From Candidatus Helarchaeota archaeon (lineage in GTDB: Archaea; Asgardarchaeota; Lokiarchaeia; Helarchaeales; RDOG01), in assembly GCA_029838215.1 (NCBI GenBank), contig JALGVI010000019.1, forward strand, positions 1 to 39,245: a stretch of DNA of 39,245 nt. Reading direction: 5' to 3'. Position numbers and translations under genes: made by a program. This document shows, in pieces, positions 28,439 to 38,184 of the stretch. Each line of letters starts with the position of its first letter. The first letter of the stretch is position 1. The notes under the pieces are model-generated. The model was given only the letters and a program-made list of their open reading frames with translations. It was not told the DNA's origin and searched no databases.

Positions 28439-29697
28439 TCCTTCCGGGATTTTTTATCTTCAGACGTTTTTCTCTTGACGAGATTTGGATAAAGAATGTT
28501 ATAGGATACTAATCCAATAGCAAAGATCATTAGAGATACTAATATTAGAAAATAAAATAGGGGAATCCCAAATATTGTTTGATGGATTACCGTTACTTTA
28601 ATTTCTGGACTAGATTCTATGGAAAAGTCGCCATAATAAACACATAATACCCCAGAGTAATCGTGCATTATATCATAAACGCTTATTAGCATTCCTTCTT
28701 CAAGAAGAGAAATATACCTTCCGTATAATCCATTCCCCAAAGGTTCGATTCTTATGTTTCTATTGTTGATAAATAGTAGGACAATTGCATCTGAAATTCG
28801 AGACCCATTCAATGGGTTTATTAACTCAATGGAAAAATAAAATCCAGAGTTCTCAACTATTGTAAATGATGTCTGATTTATTATCGCTTGAACGTAAAAT
28901 TGAGAAACGTTGAAATCAAATTCATACGTGAAATTAGAATATTCATTAGTCATAAATGAAATTGAAATGTCATAATCTGAAAGAAGATTATCTGTTGTAA
29001 CATTCAATGAAAAAACACCATTAGTAACATTTGTATAAGTAACTTGAGATGCGGGAATGGAATTTTCAACCCACGTAATATTTGATTTAGAGATGTTAAC
29101 GATAGAGTGATCTATTGCATCCGTTATGTTCAAAATTGTTTGGGCAATTTGAGTTTGGGTTACAACGGACGTCTCATAAATCACGCTAGCATTCAGGTTT
29201 CTCTTGCAAATCACGATTTTTAAACTGGCATATCCAATATCATATCCTGTTCTATTTAATATGACAATCAGATCATATGTCCCAATATCCCGAAGTTCCG
29301 TGTCAAAATCCAAAAGGTAGAGACCAAGACCTTTATCTTCTAAGGAGCCGCTTCCATTCATGCTTTGGTTTGAATGAAAGGACCACTGATAAGTTCCATT
29401 CGCTCCGGGAATGGGATTGCCGGAAATGGATTCATTAAAGACCAGAGTGATATTTTGTTCGATCTCATAATTGACATTAATGGTTTCGGAAAAAACATGG
29501 GAATTATTAATCCTCGTTGAAATGGCAAGGATTTTTTGTACGCTCTCGGAATCTACAGCATTATTACTTTTATTGAGAAAAAATGGGAGTGATATTGAAT
29601 ACAAACTTAATCCTAGTATCATTAACAATATAAGAGCTTTAAATTTTCTTCTAAGTCCTAAAGATGTTGTGGATATGGTATCACTTCCGTTATCCAT
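28435..29697 (-). CDS. Membrane-anchored Ig-like surface glycoprotein
   Basis: N- and C-terminal TM helices with ~18 sequons between them. G.G.Y.L..D / Y.L.....R.GY motifs resemble the ORF1 ectodomain. Confidence 0.8.
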   Translation of the reverse strand: MDNGSDTISTTSLGLRRKFKALILLMILGLSLYSISLPFFLNKSNNAVDSESVQKILAISTRINNSHVFSETINVNYEIEQNITLVFNESISGNPIPGANGTYQWSFHSNQSMNGSGSLEDKGLGLYLLDFDTELRDIGTYDLIVILNRTGYDIGYASLKIVICKRNLNASVIYETSVVTQTQIAQTILNITDAIDHSIVNISKSNITWVENSIPASQVTYTNVTNGVFSLNVTTDNLLSDYDISISFMTNEYSNFTYEFDFNVSQFYVQAIINQTSFTIVENSGFYFSIELINPLNGSRISDAIVLLFINNRNIRIEPLGNGLYGRYISLLEEGMLISVYDIMHDYSGVLCVYYGDFSIESSPEIKVTVIHQTIFGIPLFYFLILVSLMIFAIGLVSYNILYPNLVKRKTSEDKKSRKD

Positions 29698-32489
29698 TGA
29701 TAAAGCGGGTTTTGAGAATAGATATAAGTTGAGATTAGATGTGTATCAATCAGATAAGTATTAACTAATATAAATATGAAAACTGTGAATAGGATAAGTG
29801 AAATTTGCAAGGTCGTTTTCGACGACGTTCTTATTCCATACTTTTCTCTGAAGGAAGAACATATCTTAATAACTCCCCCGTAATTTTTTAGCGCTCCTTG
29901 ATCCCAAACAAGAAAAATTTCATCAATTGCCATTAAGAATAGGAGAATTATAAGTGGATACAGAGAATGTTCGAATCTCTGTGAGTAAATTGTAAGACTT
30001 GTTAAAGAATAAAAGATAAAATTTGAGGACAGAATGCTCATTACAAAAAATGAAACGATTATGATCAAAACTTTGCCTGAAATAGACGTTTTTTTTAGGA
30101 ATAAATTGAAAAGAAATTCAATTATGAAAATTAACATAATATTAAATACGATAAAAGGAGTAGTATAATTCGGTCGAATTATAAACAATAAATTAATAAA
30201 AAACAGGAACAAAACAAAATAAATACTGTATTTAACAAACCTTAAAGAGCTAGAATTTAGCGGTGAACCTTGAAAAAAAGAGTTTTGTTTCTTCTTATTT
30301 TCAAGGAATGCAATGCTTATAAAGAAAATTGAAGCAATTACTGTTAAAACTAATGATATGAGGGACTGAAATAACGCCTTGGAGTATGATTCAATTAGAA
30401 AAGAATAGAATGAGAGATTTGATGCACCTAGACTGAGTATGAAGTCTATAGCTTGATTCAAAAGGGATGGATAAAATAAAATTAGACCAAAAGATCCAGC
30501 CAAGATTAGAATCAAGATTGCAAGAAATGGGAAGATTATTAGAGGCGGCTTAAATAGTTCCTTCAGCCCTACTTTTCTATTTCTTAATGCGAAAACCATA
30601 AAAGGACTAAGAAAAAATGAAAAAAATATGAAGAATTCACTAGTTAACATTGAAACCACAAAGAATAGGACAATTAATGACATTAGTAGGTATTTCCTAA
30701 GGCGGGACAGCTTATCGATTCGGTTTAAATACAATGTCATTAAGAACAGAAAGCAAATAAAAAATGTTTGAGCTAATAACTGTTTATGAAGATGTGTAAG
30801 GCAAATTATGTTATATATATTGAAGAAAAATATGAATCCTGCAAGAAAAATTAGAAATGAACGGTTTGAATATTGCTTGCATAGTGAATAAAATATTGAG
30901 ATTTCAAAAATGACTAAAAATGTTCGCATGTATTTTGCAACATATAGAGATGGAAGACCAGTAAAAATTAAAAATGTCCGGGAAATCGAATAATATACTG
31001 AACTCGGAAGGATAATTAGAGAATATAACTCGAAATTAGAATAATTCATAAAGTATTGATTGACATCACCGAAAATTTGGTATGGCCAAATGAAAAAAAA
31101 TGGGATTATTGCAAATAATAACGCGATGATTGAAAGGAATATTAATAAAAAGGATTCTGACTTAATCATGAAAAAAAATCTTGAAATGATTTTGGACTTA
31201 ACGTTTTCAGGATAAAAATCAATTCTAAAATGTTCTGATTCGATAATTTCACGGACTTCGTTTTGTTTCAAACTCAGAACATATTTATTTTTCATTAAAC
31301 CAGTTCTAAGATTTTTAAAATGGATAAAAAGGAAAATTATACAGTTAGAAATGCTTCCAAAAAGTAAAAGCCATTCCAATATCGCAAAGAATCCCCCATA
31401 AATCATAACTCCTTGACTGATATTGCCGTTCAAATTAAAATACAATGTAGAATTCAATGGATTAGATAGGTCCCGATTGACAATGATAATTTTATAATTT
31501 TCATAATTCGTTGTTCTATAAGGAGCTATCGTGAAGTTTGTCTGATTTACTGAAACATATGAAATCATGGAAAGATCTTTAGAGGACTCTTGGGATTTCA
31601 CATCCAATTCTTCCCATATAATGAAATTTTCGTGTGTAAAAATATATATCTCACAAGATGAATTTGCTTCAAATTCGAGACTCAGAATCTCATTTTGAGA
31701 TAATGTAGTTGTATATGACTTGTAGAAATTTAGATATACGGGTTCATCATTTATAGAGATGGCGGGAACCGTGTTTGTAATGTAAATTTGATCAAAAATA
31801 AGAAAAATAGCGGCTGAAGTAAGAAAAAATAAACTAAGAATTAAGAACAGCCATTTTATATGAATTTTCTTGTAATTGAATTTAAAATTGTAATTTATTC
31901 TTCTCAATATTTTCTGGATTGCAAAAATATCTTTTACAAAATTTCCCAGAATTAAAAAAATCATGATGGCGTTTACAATAGGAAGAATCGTAAAGAGTAA
32001 AAGAGCAATTTCTAAAATATTTAAAATAAATCCCATAATTCCAACAATTGTCAAACTAAACCCTATTGTAAAAGAAATTGAAATTACACTTGTTTTTTTA
32101 AGTTCAGATATGGGGAGCAATTTTAAACATAAAGATCCTGGAATGAAAAAAACGAATATAATTCCAAAAATAGTTTTTAGAATGATAAATGGATAAATGT
32201 TTTGGAAATAGAACACAATATTAGATAAGATAAGAAAAACCAGGGCGAAAATGTCAAAAAGAATGCTTAGAATTTTATTGCGAATGACGTGATCATTCTT
32301 TTTAATTGGGATTGCTTGAATCAGTTTTTTTTTAAGCAAAACCGTTAATGCCGCTTGAATCTCATTTTCAGCATGTTTATTTCTTGTTTGAAGAAAATTT
32401 TTTAGGTTTTCGTATTCAACTTCATCTTCAGATTCGAAATATCGAACAATATCTTTAATGATTGCTCCAGAAATGTCCTCTTTCATCAA
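29658..32489 (-). CDS. 943-aa polytopic membrane protein, C-terminal half GT-C-like
   Basis: Soluble N-terminal ~60 aa, ~5 TM (FFIPG), a beta-rich external loop, then a TM followed by FGDVNQY and a PMT-like multi-TM region. Confidence 0.7.
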   Translation of the reverse strand: MMKEDISGAIIKDIVRYFESEDEVEYENLKNFLQTRNKHAENEIQAALTVLLKKKLIQAIPIKKNDHVIRNKILSILFDIFALVFLILSNIVFYFQNIYPFIILKTIFGIIFVFFIPGSLCLKLLPISELKKTSVISISFTIGFSLTIVGIMGFILNILEIALLLFTILPIVNAIMIFLILGNFVKDIFAIQKILRRINYNFKFNYKKIHIKWLFLILSLFFLTSAAIFLIFDQIYITNTVPAISINDEPVYLNFYKSYTTTLSQNEILSLEFEANSSCEIYIFTHENFIIWEELDVKSQESSKDLSMISYVSVNQTNFTIAPYRTTNYENYKIIIVNRDLSNPLNSTLYFNLNGNISQGVMIYGGFFAILEWLLLFGSISNCIIFLFIHFKNLRTGLMKNKYVLSLKQNEVREIIESEHFRIDFYPENVKSKIISRFFFMIKSESFLLIFLSIIALLFAIIPFFFIWPYQIFGDVNQYFMNYSNFELYSLIILPSSVYYSISRTFLIFTGLPSLYVAKYMRTFLVIFEISIFYSLCKQYSNRSFLIFLAGFIFFFNIYNIICLTHLHKQLLAQTFFICFLFLMTLYLNRIDKLSRLRKYLLMSLIVLFFVVSMLTSEFFIFFSFFLSPFMVFALRNRKVGLKELFKPPLIIFPFLAILILILAGSFGLILFYPSLLNQAIDFILSLGASNLSFYSFLIESYSKALFQSLISLVLTVIASIFFISIAFLENKKKQNSFFQGSPLNSSSLRFVKYSIYFVLFLFFINLLFIIRPNYTTPFIVFNIMLIFIIEFLFNLFLKKTSISGKVLIIIVSFFVMSILSSNFIFYSLTSLTIYSQRFEHSLYPLIILLFLMAIDEIFLVWDQGALKNYGGVIKICSSFREKYGIRTSSKTTLQISLILFTVFIFILVNTYLIDTHLISTYIYSQNPLYQWITEVIPYPQHL

Positions 32490-32595
32490 TAATCCTCAAT
32501 TTGTAAGATTATTTTTTTCGTCCGTACTTCCCTATCCTTTTTTAACAATAGAATCAAAATTTAATATCTTTTTTGGATATTAAACAGAAAAAAAT

Positions 32596-33822
32596 TCAAT
32601 TAATTTTCTTTAAGAAATCAACGATATTTCGCGCTCTTTTTCCATATGAATACTTATTCTTGAATTTTTCAAATTCGTTTTTGATAATTTCGCTTCTTAA
32701 ATGATCATTCGTTGTAATTAACCTTATTTTTTCGCTTAAATCTCTTGCACTGTCTTTTTCATATAAAATTCCAGTTATTCCATCGTCTATGACTTCACGC
32801 AATGTAGGAGTATTTGCCCCTATGACGGGTAATCTTGAAGCCATGTATTCAAAAAGTTTCATTGGTGATTCTGCGGTTTCGACATTTTTTGCCTTACTTG
32901 AAACTGTTAATACACCGAGATCAGAGATTTTCATGTAACATGGAATCTCAGATGGAGGTCTAAATCCGAAAAACTTTAAATTTTTTACTTCTTTTTTCTC
33001 AGCATAAGTCATTACTCTAATGATGTCTTTTTTTAGTCCACCAACAATAATTAAGAAGTATTTTTGATGGTCAAGAAACTTCATTGCATCAATTAGAAGT
33101 TCAACATTTTTCCACGGGTATAGATGACCGCAATACAAGATGATTTTAGATTCAAGTGGTATATTATTTGTCAACTTGAATTTTTCACTAAATGTTTCAT
33201 TTATTTCAAGATTATTTTCTTTGGATGCATCAGGAATTACGGCAATCCCTTTCCGATATAACGCCTTTCTCAACAAGAATTTCTTCAGATTTTTTGAAAT
33301 AACAACAATCCCACTTACATTTTTTAAAACAAACCCGTTCAATATAGTTATTTTTTCGAATTTATTGTGTAATTCAAAGATTATTGGTAAATGTAACAAC
33401 CATTTAAAAATTAAAAGGAAAAATGCTGTAGAAATGTCTCTCGTGTATAGGTACTTCTTTCCGTGAATCCCAAATCTTAATCTTAGTAGGTTTATTAATG
33501 CAAAAAACCAAAAAAACAGTAGATGTACTATCCAACTCATTCGATTTTCTTTTTCTGCTATGAAGTCAACGGTGGGAAGTTTCTTCACGCACGGAAGTGT
33601 TTTAATGCCATAATATTTTCGTAAATCATTTTCTTTACCGTCAATAAGTTTTAAAAAAACCTTCGATTGTTTACGTTTTGGACATAGAAGTATGGGATTA
33701 CAACCAATTTCTTTTAATCCAGATAATGTATTAATTATTTGAATAGAATGAGCTTTTTCGCTTGGAATTCTAACAGGATGTACATAAAATATTGTAATTC
33801 TATATTCGTTTGTTTCATTCAA
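32596..33822 (-). CDS. Glycosyltransferase family 4
   Basis: PSEKAHSIQI, YCGHLYPWKNVE, SPMKLFEYMASRLPVI. Confidence 0.9.
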   Translation of the reverse strand: MNETNEYRITIFYVHPVRIPSEKAHSIQIINTLSGLKEIGCNPILLCPKRKQSKVFLKLIDGKENDLRKYYGIKTLPCVKKLPTVDFIAEKENRMSWIVHLLFFWFFALINLLRLRFGIHGKKYLYTRDISTAFFLLIFKWLLHLPIIFELHNKFEKITILNGFVLKNVSGIVVISKNLKKFLLRKALYRKGIAVIPDASKENNLEINETFSEKFKLTNNIPLESKIILYCGHLYPWKNVELLIDAMKFLDHQKYFLIIVGGLKKDIIRVMTYAEKKEVKNLKFFGFRPPSEIPCYMKISDLGVLTVSSKAKNVETAESPMKLFEYMASRLPVIGANTPTLREVIDDGITGILYEKDSARDLSEKIRLITTNDHLRSEIIKNEFEKFKNKYSYGKRARNIVDFLKKIN

Positions 33823-33843
33823 GAAGATCCCGTTTTTGAGTTT

Positions 33844-34593
33844 TTATTTTATAGGATTATCTAGAACCATTACCACTTGCCATGCGAATCTTTTAACTTG
33901 AGGGAATAGTCGAAAGATTAATGCATCTATTTTAACGAAAGTATCGTGGAGGAATTTAAAAATCCTTGAGCCCCCGAGTGGTAGGAGCAATAAAGATATT
34001 AAATAAAAAAAATCATAATTTGTGTTTCTAAATTGAAGATCAAACAATTTCAAATCATTATTTCTCAAGGGATGCTCATTTGGGGTAACTAAATTCGGAT
34101 TAATTTTTCTTAGAAGAGTCATCAGAGGATTAACACCCATGGGTTCTAAGAAAATTGCAGTTCCATCAGATTTTAGAATCCTTTTTATCTCTTTTATTGC
34201 ATTCTTAATATTTAAATGATGCAATATGCCGGTTCCACAAACAACATCGAATGAATTATCGTCAAACGACATTTCTTCGGCATCCATGACAAAAAAATCA
34301 ATGTTATTCAGGTTATTTTCTCGTTTTTGTTTCTTTGCAACTTCTATTCCCGATTCAGAAATATCAATTCCGATGATTTTTTTACCAATAAATGCTAACG
34401 GAATGGCTAATGATCCAGAGCCGCAACCATATTCAAGTATTTTCTTTCCACGACATCTTTCAAGAACTTTGACTTGATAATATTTAGTAAAATCGTTAAA
34501 GTAATGAGAAAGCTTCCATGACAAGTCCTTTACTCGGTGTTTATATTTTTTTTCATAAAACCTTATCTCATTTTCTTTATTGCTTTTTGACAT
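33844..34593 (-). CDS. Class I SAM-dependent methyltransferase
   Basis: ILEYGCGSG, GIDIS, MDAEEMSFDDNSFDVV, GILHHL, LEPMGVNP. Confidence 0.9.
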   Translation of the reverse strand: MSKSNKENEIRFYEKKYKHRVKDLSWKLSHYFNDFTKYYQVKVLERCRGKKILEYGCGSGSLAIPLAFIGKKIIGIDISESGIEVAKKQKRENNLNNIDFFVMDAEEMSFDDNSFDVVCGTGILHHLNIKNAIKEIKRILKSDGTAIFLEPMGVNPLMTLLRKINPNLVTPNEHPLRNNDLKLFDLQFRNTNYDFFYLISLLLLPLGGSRIFKFLHDTFVKIDALIFRLFPQVKRFAWQVVMVLDNPIK

Positions 34594-34695
34594 CCCAACG
34601 TCAAATCCAAAATTCAGTTTAGTCAGAAATGCTCAATTTCTAATTTGAAAGAAAAGTTTTATTGAGAATTTTGATTAAAACGAACAAGTCGTATA

Positions 34696-35151
34696 TCATC
34701 GAATGAGTTGCGCGGCTTTTTTGTAGTCGTATTTCCAATCCGCCGGCAAAACCTTTGTTTTTCGATAATATTTCGATAATCGGTGAATTTTACTTTCTAT
34801 TAGAGTAAGCCCTCGTTTAGAACTCTTATCCTTTTTATTTTCTTCGAGATGCTTGCGGAGGTTCATGGCTTTAACAATTAAATTAGTAAGATCTTCAGGG
34901 ACGGGATGCAGGAGGTCGTTCTCTTTCAGTATTTCGGTAACGCCTTTTTTAGTAATTAGCTTCACGAGAGGAACCCCATATTGATCTCGCAGGATGGTTC
35001 CGATCATTGAAGGCTTGTACCCTTCACGAGCCAATTTAATGACAATATCTTCTGCTTCTTCCTCGGAAACTGTACACCATTCGGGTAAGGTAGCCCTAGG
35101 AGGACGTGTCGAAGAAGATTTTCCTTTTTTTCGATGATGCATTCGTGCCAT
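34696..35151 (-). CDS. rps15: 30S ribosomal protein uS15
   Basis: [55 protein letters not shown]. Confidence 0.97.
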   Translation of the reverse strand: MARMHHRKKGKSSSTRPPRATLPEWCTVSEEEAEDIVIKLAREGYKPSMIGTILRDQYGVPLVKLITKKGVTEILKENDLLHPVPEDLTNLIVKAMNLRKHLEENKKDKSSKRGLTLIESKIHRLSKYYRKTKVLPADWKYDYKKAAQLIR

Positions 35152-35334
35152 GAATCTACCTTCTCTTTTCAAAGGTTTTCTCTTTAATTTAGACTAAGTA
35201 TCATTTTGGATTAGGAATAAAAATATTTTGCTAAAAGGCTTGTAAAATTTTAAGCTCTAGAACTCTAGAACGAGCTTGACTATCATCATTAATTTAATAT
35301 CATTCAGATAAGTTTCGGTTTTAAGTTTTGGCTC

Positions 35335-35898
35335 TTATCGGTTTGTTTCAACATCAAGAAGATTTACCAGCTTTTTTAATGCTTTTTGGCGATGTGAAAC
35401 TTCATTTTTTTCAGATGGAGTCATTTCACCATATGTTTTTTGGCCACTTTCCTCCGGCACGAAGATGGGATCAAAGCCCCATCCAGAACCCCTTATTTCA
35501 AGAGCAATTTTTCCGAATGTTTCTCCAACAACGATTTGCATGTTTTCTCCAGGCTTTAGAAAGGCGATAGCGGATTTGAAACAGGCGGTTCTATCCGTTA
35601 CTTCTTTCATGAGATTTAGAATTCCACGATTACCGATTTTTTTGAACGCGTATGATGAATACGGCCCGGGAAATCCATTTAACGCATTTATGAAAAGCCC
35701 CGCATCTTCAACGAAACACGGTCCGGGAATTTCATTTTTTACCATTTCCAAACTAAATCTCGCAACGGGTTCCAATTCATCGGCTTGAATTTCAACGCGT
35801 TCAATGGGAAATTGTTTGACAATAATTCCATACCTCTTCAAGATTGCACTGACTTCTTGAACCTTGTTAGGATTTCCCGTGCCAAAAAATATTTTCAC
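35335..35898 (-). CDS. rdgB: Non-canonical purine NTP pyrophosphatase (RdgB/HAM1)
   Basis: TGNPNKVQE, EIQAD, EDAGLFINALNGFPGPYS, GWGFDPIF, KNEVSHR. Confidence 0.95.
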   Translation of the reverse strand: MKIFFGTGNPNKVQEVSAILKRYGIIVKQFPIERVEIQADELEPVARFSLEMVKNEIPGPCFVEDAGLFINALNGFPGPYSSYAFKKIGNRGILNLMKEVTDRTACFKSAIAFLKPGENMQIVVGETFGKIALEIRGSGWGFDPIFVPEESGQKTYGEMTPSEKNEVSHRQKALKKLVNLLDVETNR

Positions 35899-36482
35899 GT
35901 TTCGGTTCCTCCGTCTTCAGATTTCTCTTTTTTTCTTCTAAACCTGACTTTATGCTGCTTTGGAAGGTCGATAAAAAGTACATCGTCTTTGTATCCGACA
36001 TCCGCAATGAATGTTTCATCTGCGACCAGTAAAACAATCAAGTCTTCAACTTCGCCTTCATCCATATCAATGATTTCGGCAATTTCTGACGCAAATATCT
36101 TGTTCTTGCCCATGGCAATTTTTCTAATGGCTGCAGAGATGATTCTCTTTTTAGTTTCTAATTCTTCGTCTATTTCGTCATCAAATGACATCCTTTCGAT
36201 TTCAATTATGCGATCCATCTCACCTTTAGACCGCTCTTTTAGAATTGCATTCATTTCATGAAAAATAAAGTAAAGAAAGATTATGGATATGCCCGGAATC
36301 AGTACTAGGCTTACAGCAATAAATATTATTGGATGTACATTAAAGAACATCATCATGTGCAGGACAGGTACAAAGAATAGAATAATAGTAAGAACCATTA
36401 TGATTATTAAAATAGAGGTAAAAAGAAGGTCTTTCTTCCAACCTTCAAAAAATCCTTTTTTTTCCTCCTCATCGCTTGACAT
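35895..36482 (-). CDS. Two-TM membrane protein with C-terminal PCI-like winged helix
   Basis: Two TM helices, then KIFASEIAEIIDMDEGEVEDLIVLLVADETFIADVGYKDDVLFI. Overlaps the bud32 stop (14 nt) and the rdgB start (GTGA). Confidence 0.75.
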   Translation of the reverse strand: MSSDEEEKKGFFEGWKKDLLFTSILIIIMVLTIILFFVPVLHMMMFFNVHPIIFIAVSLVLIPGISIIFLYFIFHEMNAILKERSKGEMDRIIEIERMSFDDEIDEELETKKRIISAAIRKIAMGKNKIFASEIAEIIDMDEGEVEDLIVLLVADETFIADVGYKDDVLFIDLPKQHKVRFRRKKEKSEDGGTET

Positions 36483-37086
36483 ATCGACCACGAGTTTCAA
36501 TTTCTTCGATACGGTTTAAAACTTTTTCGTATTTCGTGCAGTGTCCAGAGTATGCTTTAAGTATTCTTGGAAAGAATTGACCTTCCTGCTTGTAATGAGT
36601 GGAGATTAATGCACGGTGTAATAAATGCAAGTCCACGCCGAAATCTTCAATGTTTCTACTATATTGACCCAACCCAAAATCAATAAAATAGACTAAATTA
36701 TCTTTCAAAATCATGTTTGATGTTGTCAAATCTCCGTGAACAATACCCTTTTTATGAAGTTTCCCTACGGACGCTCCTATTTGGTAACATAAATTGTCCA
36801 AGTCATTTCGACCTACGTTGAATGCTTCTTTCACGCGCGTTCCTTCAATGAATTCCAAAAATAAACTTGAGTTTTTTAAGTCGATAAAATAAACAACAGG
36901 AGTTGGAACTCCGGACTTTCGAGCATCGCTCAAGAGTTTTGCCTCGCGCACGGTTCTCGCTTGCCTGATTTGAAGGTCTAATTCGGGAATTCTGTACTTT
37001 TTCGGAAGACGAACCTTTCGCACGATCGATTTTCCATTCCACGTTTCTTTGTATAGATTGGCTTCGGCCCCTTTTTTAAACAGCAT
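36469..37086 (-). CDS. bud32: KEOPS kinase Bud32
   Basis: KKGAEANLY, KVRLPKKYRIPELD, REAKLL, HGDLTTSNMIL, IDFGL, VDLHLL, RGRY. Confidence 0.95.
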   Translation of the reverse strand: MLFKKGAEANLYKETWNGKSIVRKVRLPKKYRIPELDLQIRQARTVREAKLLSDARKSGVPTPVVYFIDLKNSSLFLEFIEGTRVKEAFNVGRNDLDNLCYQIGASVGKLHKKGIVHGDLTTSNMILKDNLVYFIDFGLGQYSRNIEDFGVDLHLLHRALISTHYKQEGQFFPRILKAYSGHCTKYEKVLNRIEEIETRGRYVKR

Positions 37087-37089
37087 GAT

Positions 37090-38088
37090 TCATTCCGACT
37101 CTCCTTCGTTTATTCGCCAGGGTATTTCGACATCATCCAATCGCCATTTACTATCCACGTGTGAATGCTCGATAGGTGTCGTTATTCCGTGTTGAAACAA
37201 CCGCAGTCCAGTCCAAGCTATCATTGCACCATTGTCTCCTGCGAGCTTCCGAGAAACAACATGGAAGGACACGCCGTGATCGTTAGCAATGGATTCAAGC
37301 ATCTCTTGAAGGCGATGATTTGCTGCAACGCCACCAGTAAGAAGGATGGATTTTTTTTCCGTGTGTGCGAGCGCGCGCTCCGTGACTTCAGCCAACATTG
37401 AAAACGCCACTTCTTGCAGGCTGAAGCAAAGACTTTCCAAATTCTCACCGTTAAACTTGTTTACAGCTGCCGTTAACAGTCCTGAATACGACAAATCCAT
37501 TCCTTTCACGACGTAGGGGAGATGAAGATAAGTTGATGATTTGGCAGCAAGTTTTTCAATTTTAGGACCGCCTGGATGGCCAAACCCGACCTTTCTTGCG
37601 AAAACATCCAACATGTTACCAATGGGAATATCCAGAGTTTCTCCGAAAATGCGATAACGTCCTTCGGCGTGACCTGCCACCAAAGTATTACCGCCCGAAA
37701 CATAAAGCGTTATGGGGTCTTTGGCTCCGCTAACCAAACGACCGATTTCAACATGAGCGAGGCAATGGTTTACACCAATGAGTGGCAATCGCAGGTCAAG
37801 TGCAAGGCTTCGTGCAAGAACGGCAGTACCGCGGAGACAAGGAGGCAAACCCGGACCCTGCGAAAAAGCAATCAAACCCACGTTTTTCAAATCCTGCCCT
37901 GATTGCTTCAAAGCCCTTGCCAAAAGGTTAGAAATTTTCTTAGCATGAAATTCCGCCGCTTCTCTAGGATGTATGCCGCCTGTTTCAGGCACGAATACTT
38001 CACGCACGTTAGCAAGCACGGTTCCATCTTCAGAAACAATGCCGATCCCCAGCGTGTGAGCCGTTCCTTCAATTCCGAGACAAATCAA
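37090..38088 (-). CDS. kae1: KEOPS tRNA threonylcarbamoyltransferase Kae1
   Basis: LGIEGTAHT, GGIHPREAAEFH, SQGPG, VNHCLAHVEIG, YVSGGNT, ETLDI, GGVAAN, DNGAMIAW. Confidence 0.97.
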   Translation of the reverse strand: MICLGIEGTAHTLGIGIVSEDGTVLANVREVFVPETGGIHPREAAEFHAKKISNLLARALKQSGQDLKNVGLIAFSQGPGLPPCLRGTAVLARSLALDLRLPLIGVNHCLAHVEIGRLVSGAKDPITLYVSGGNTLVAGHAEGRYRIFGETLDIPIGNMLDVFARKVGFGHPGGPKIEKLAAKSSTYLHLPYVVKGMDLSYSGLLTAAVNKFNGENLESLCFSLQEVAFSMLAEVTERALAHTEKKSILLTGGVAANHRLQEMLESIANDHGVSFHVVSRKLAGDNGAMIAWTGLRLFQHGITTPIEHSHVDSKWRLDDVEIPWRINEGESE

Positions 38089-38184
38089 GCCAGTAAAACT
38101 TCCTCTTAATAATCTAACAAGTTATCAACACGAATCTGAGATTCATTTTCCATGTAAATACCATGTCATGAAGATCAAATTTAC

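Larger units (their letters stand above)
18596..34593. other. Surface glycosylation island (13 genes)
   Basis: Contiguous glycosyltransferase, nucleotide-sugar, flippase and methyltransferase genes, visibly AT-rich, bounded by the DHH gene and rps15. Confidence 0.8.

Noticed and set aside
18458-34695. Island as an integrative mobile element
   Set aside because: No integrase, transposase, tRNA target or convincing direct repeats at either boundary.
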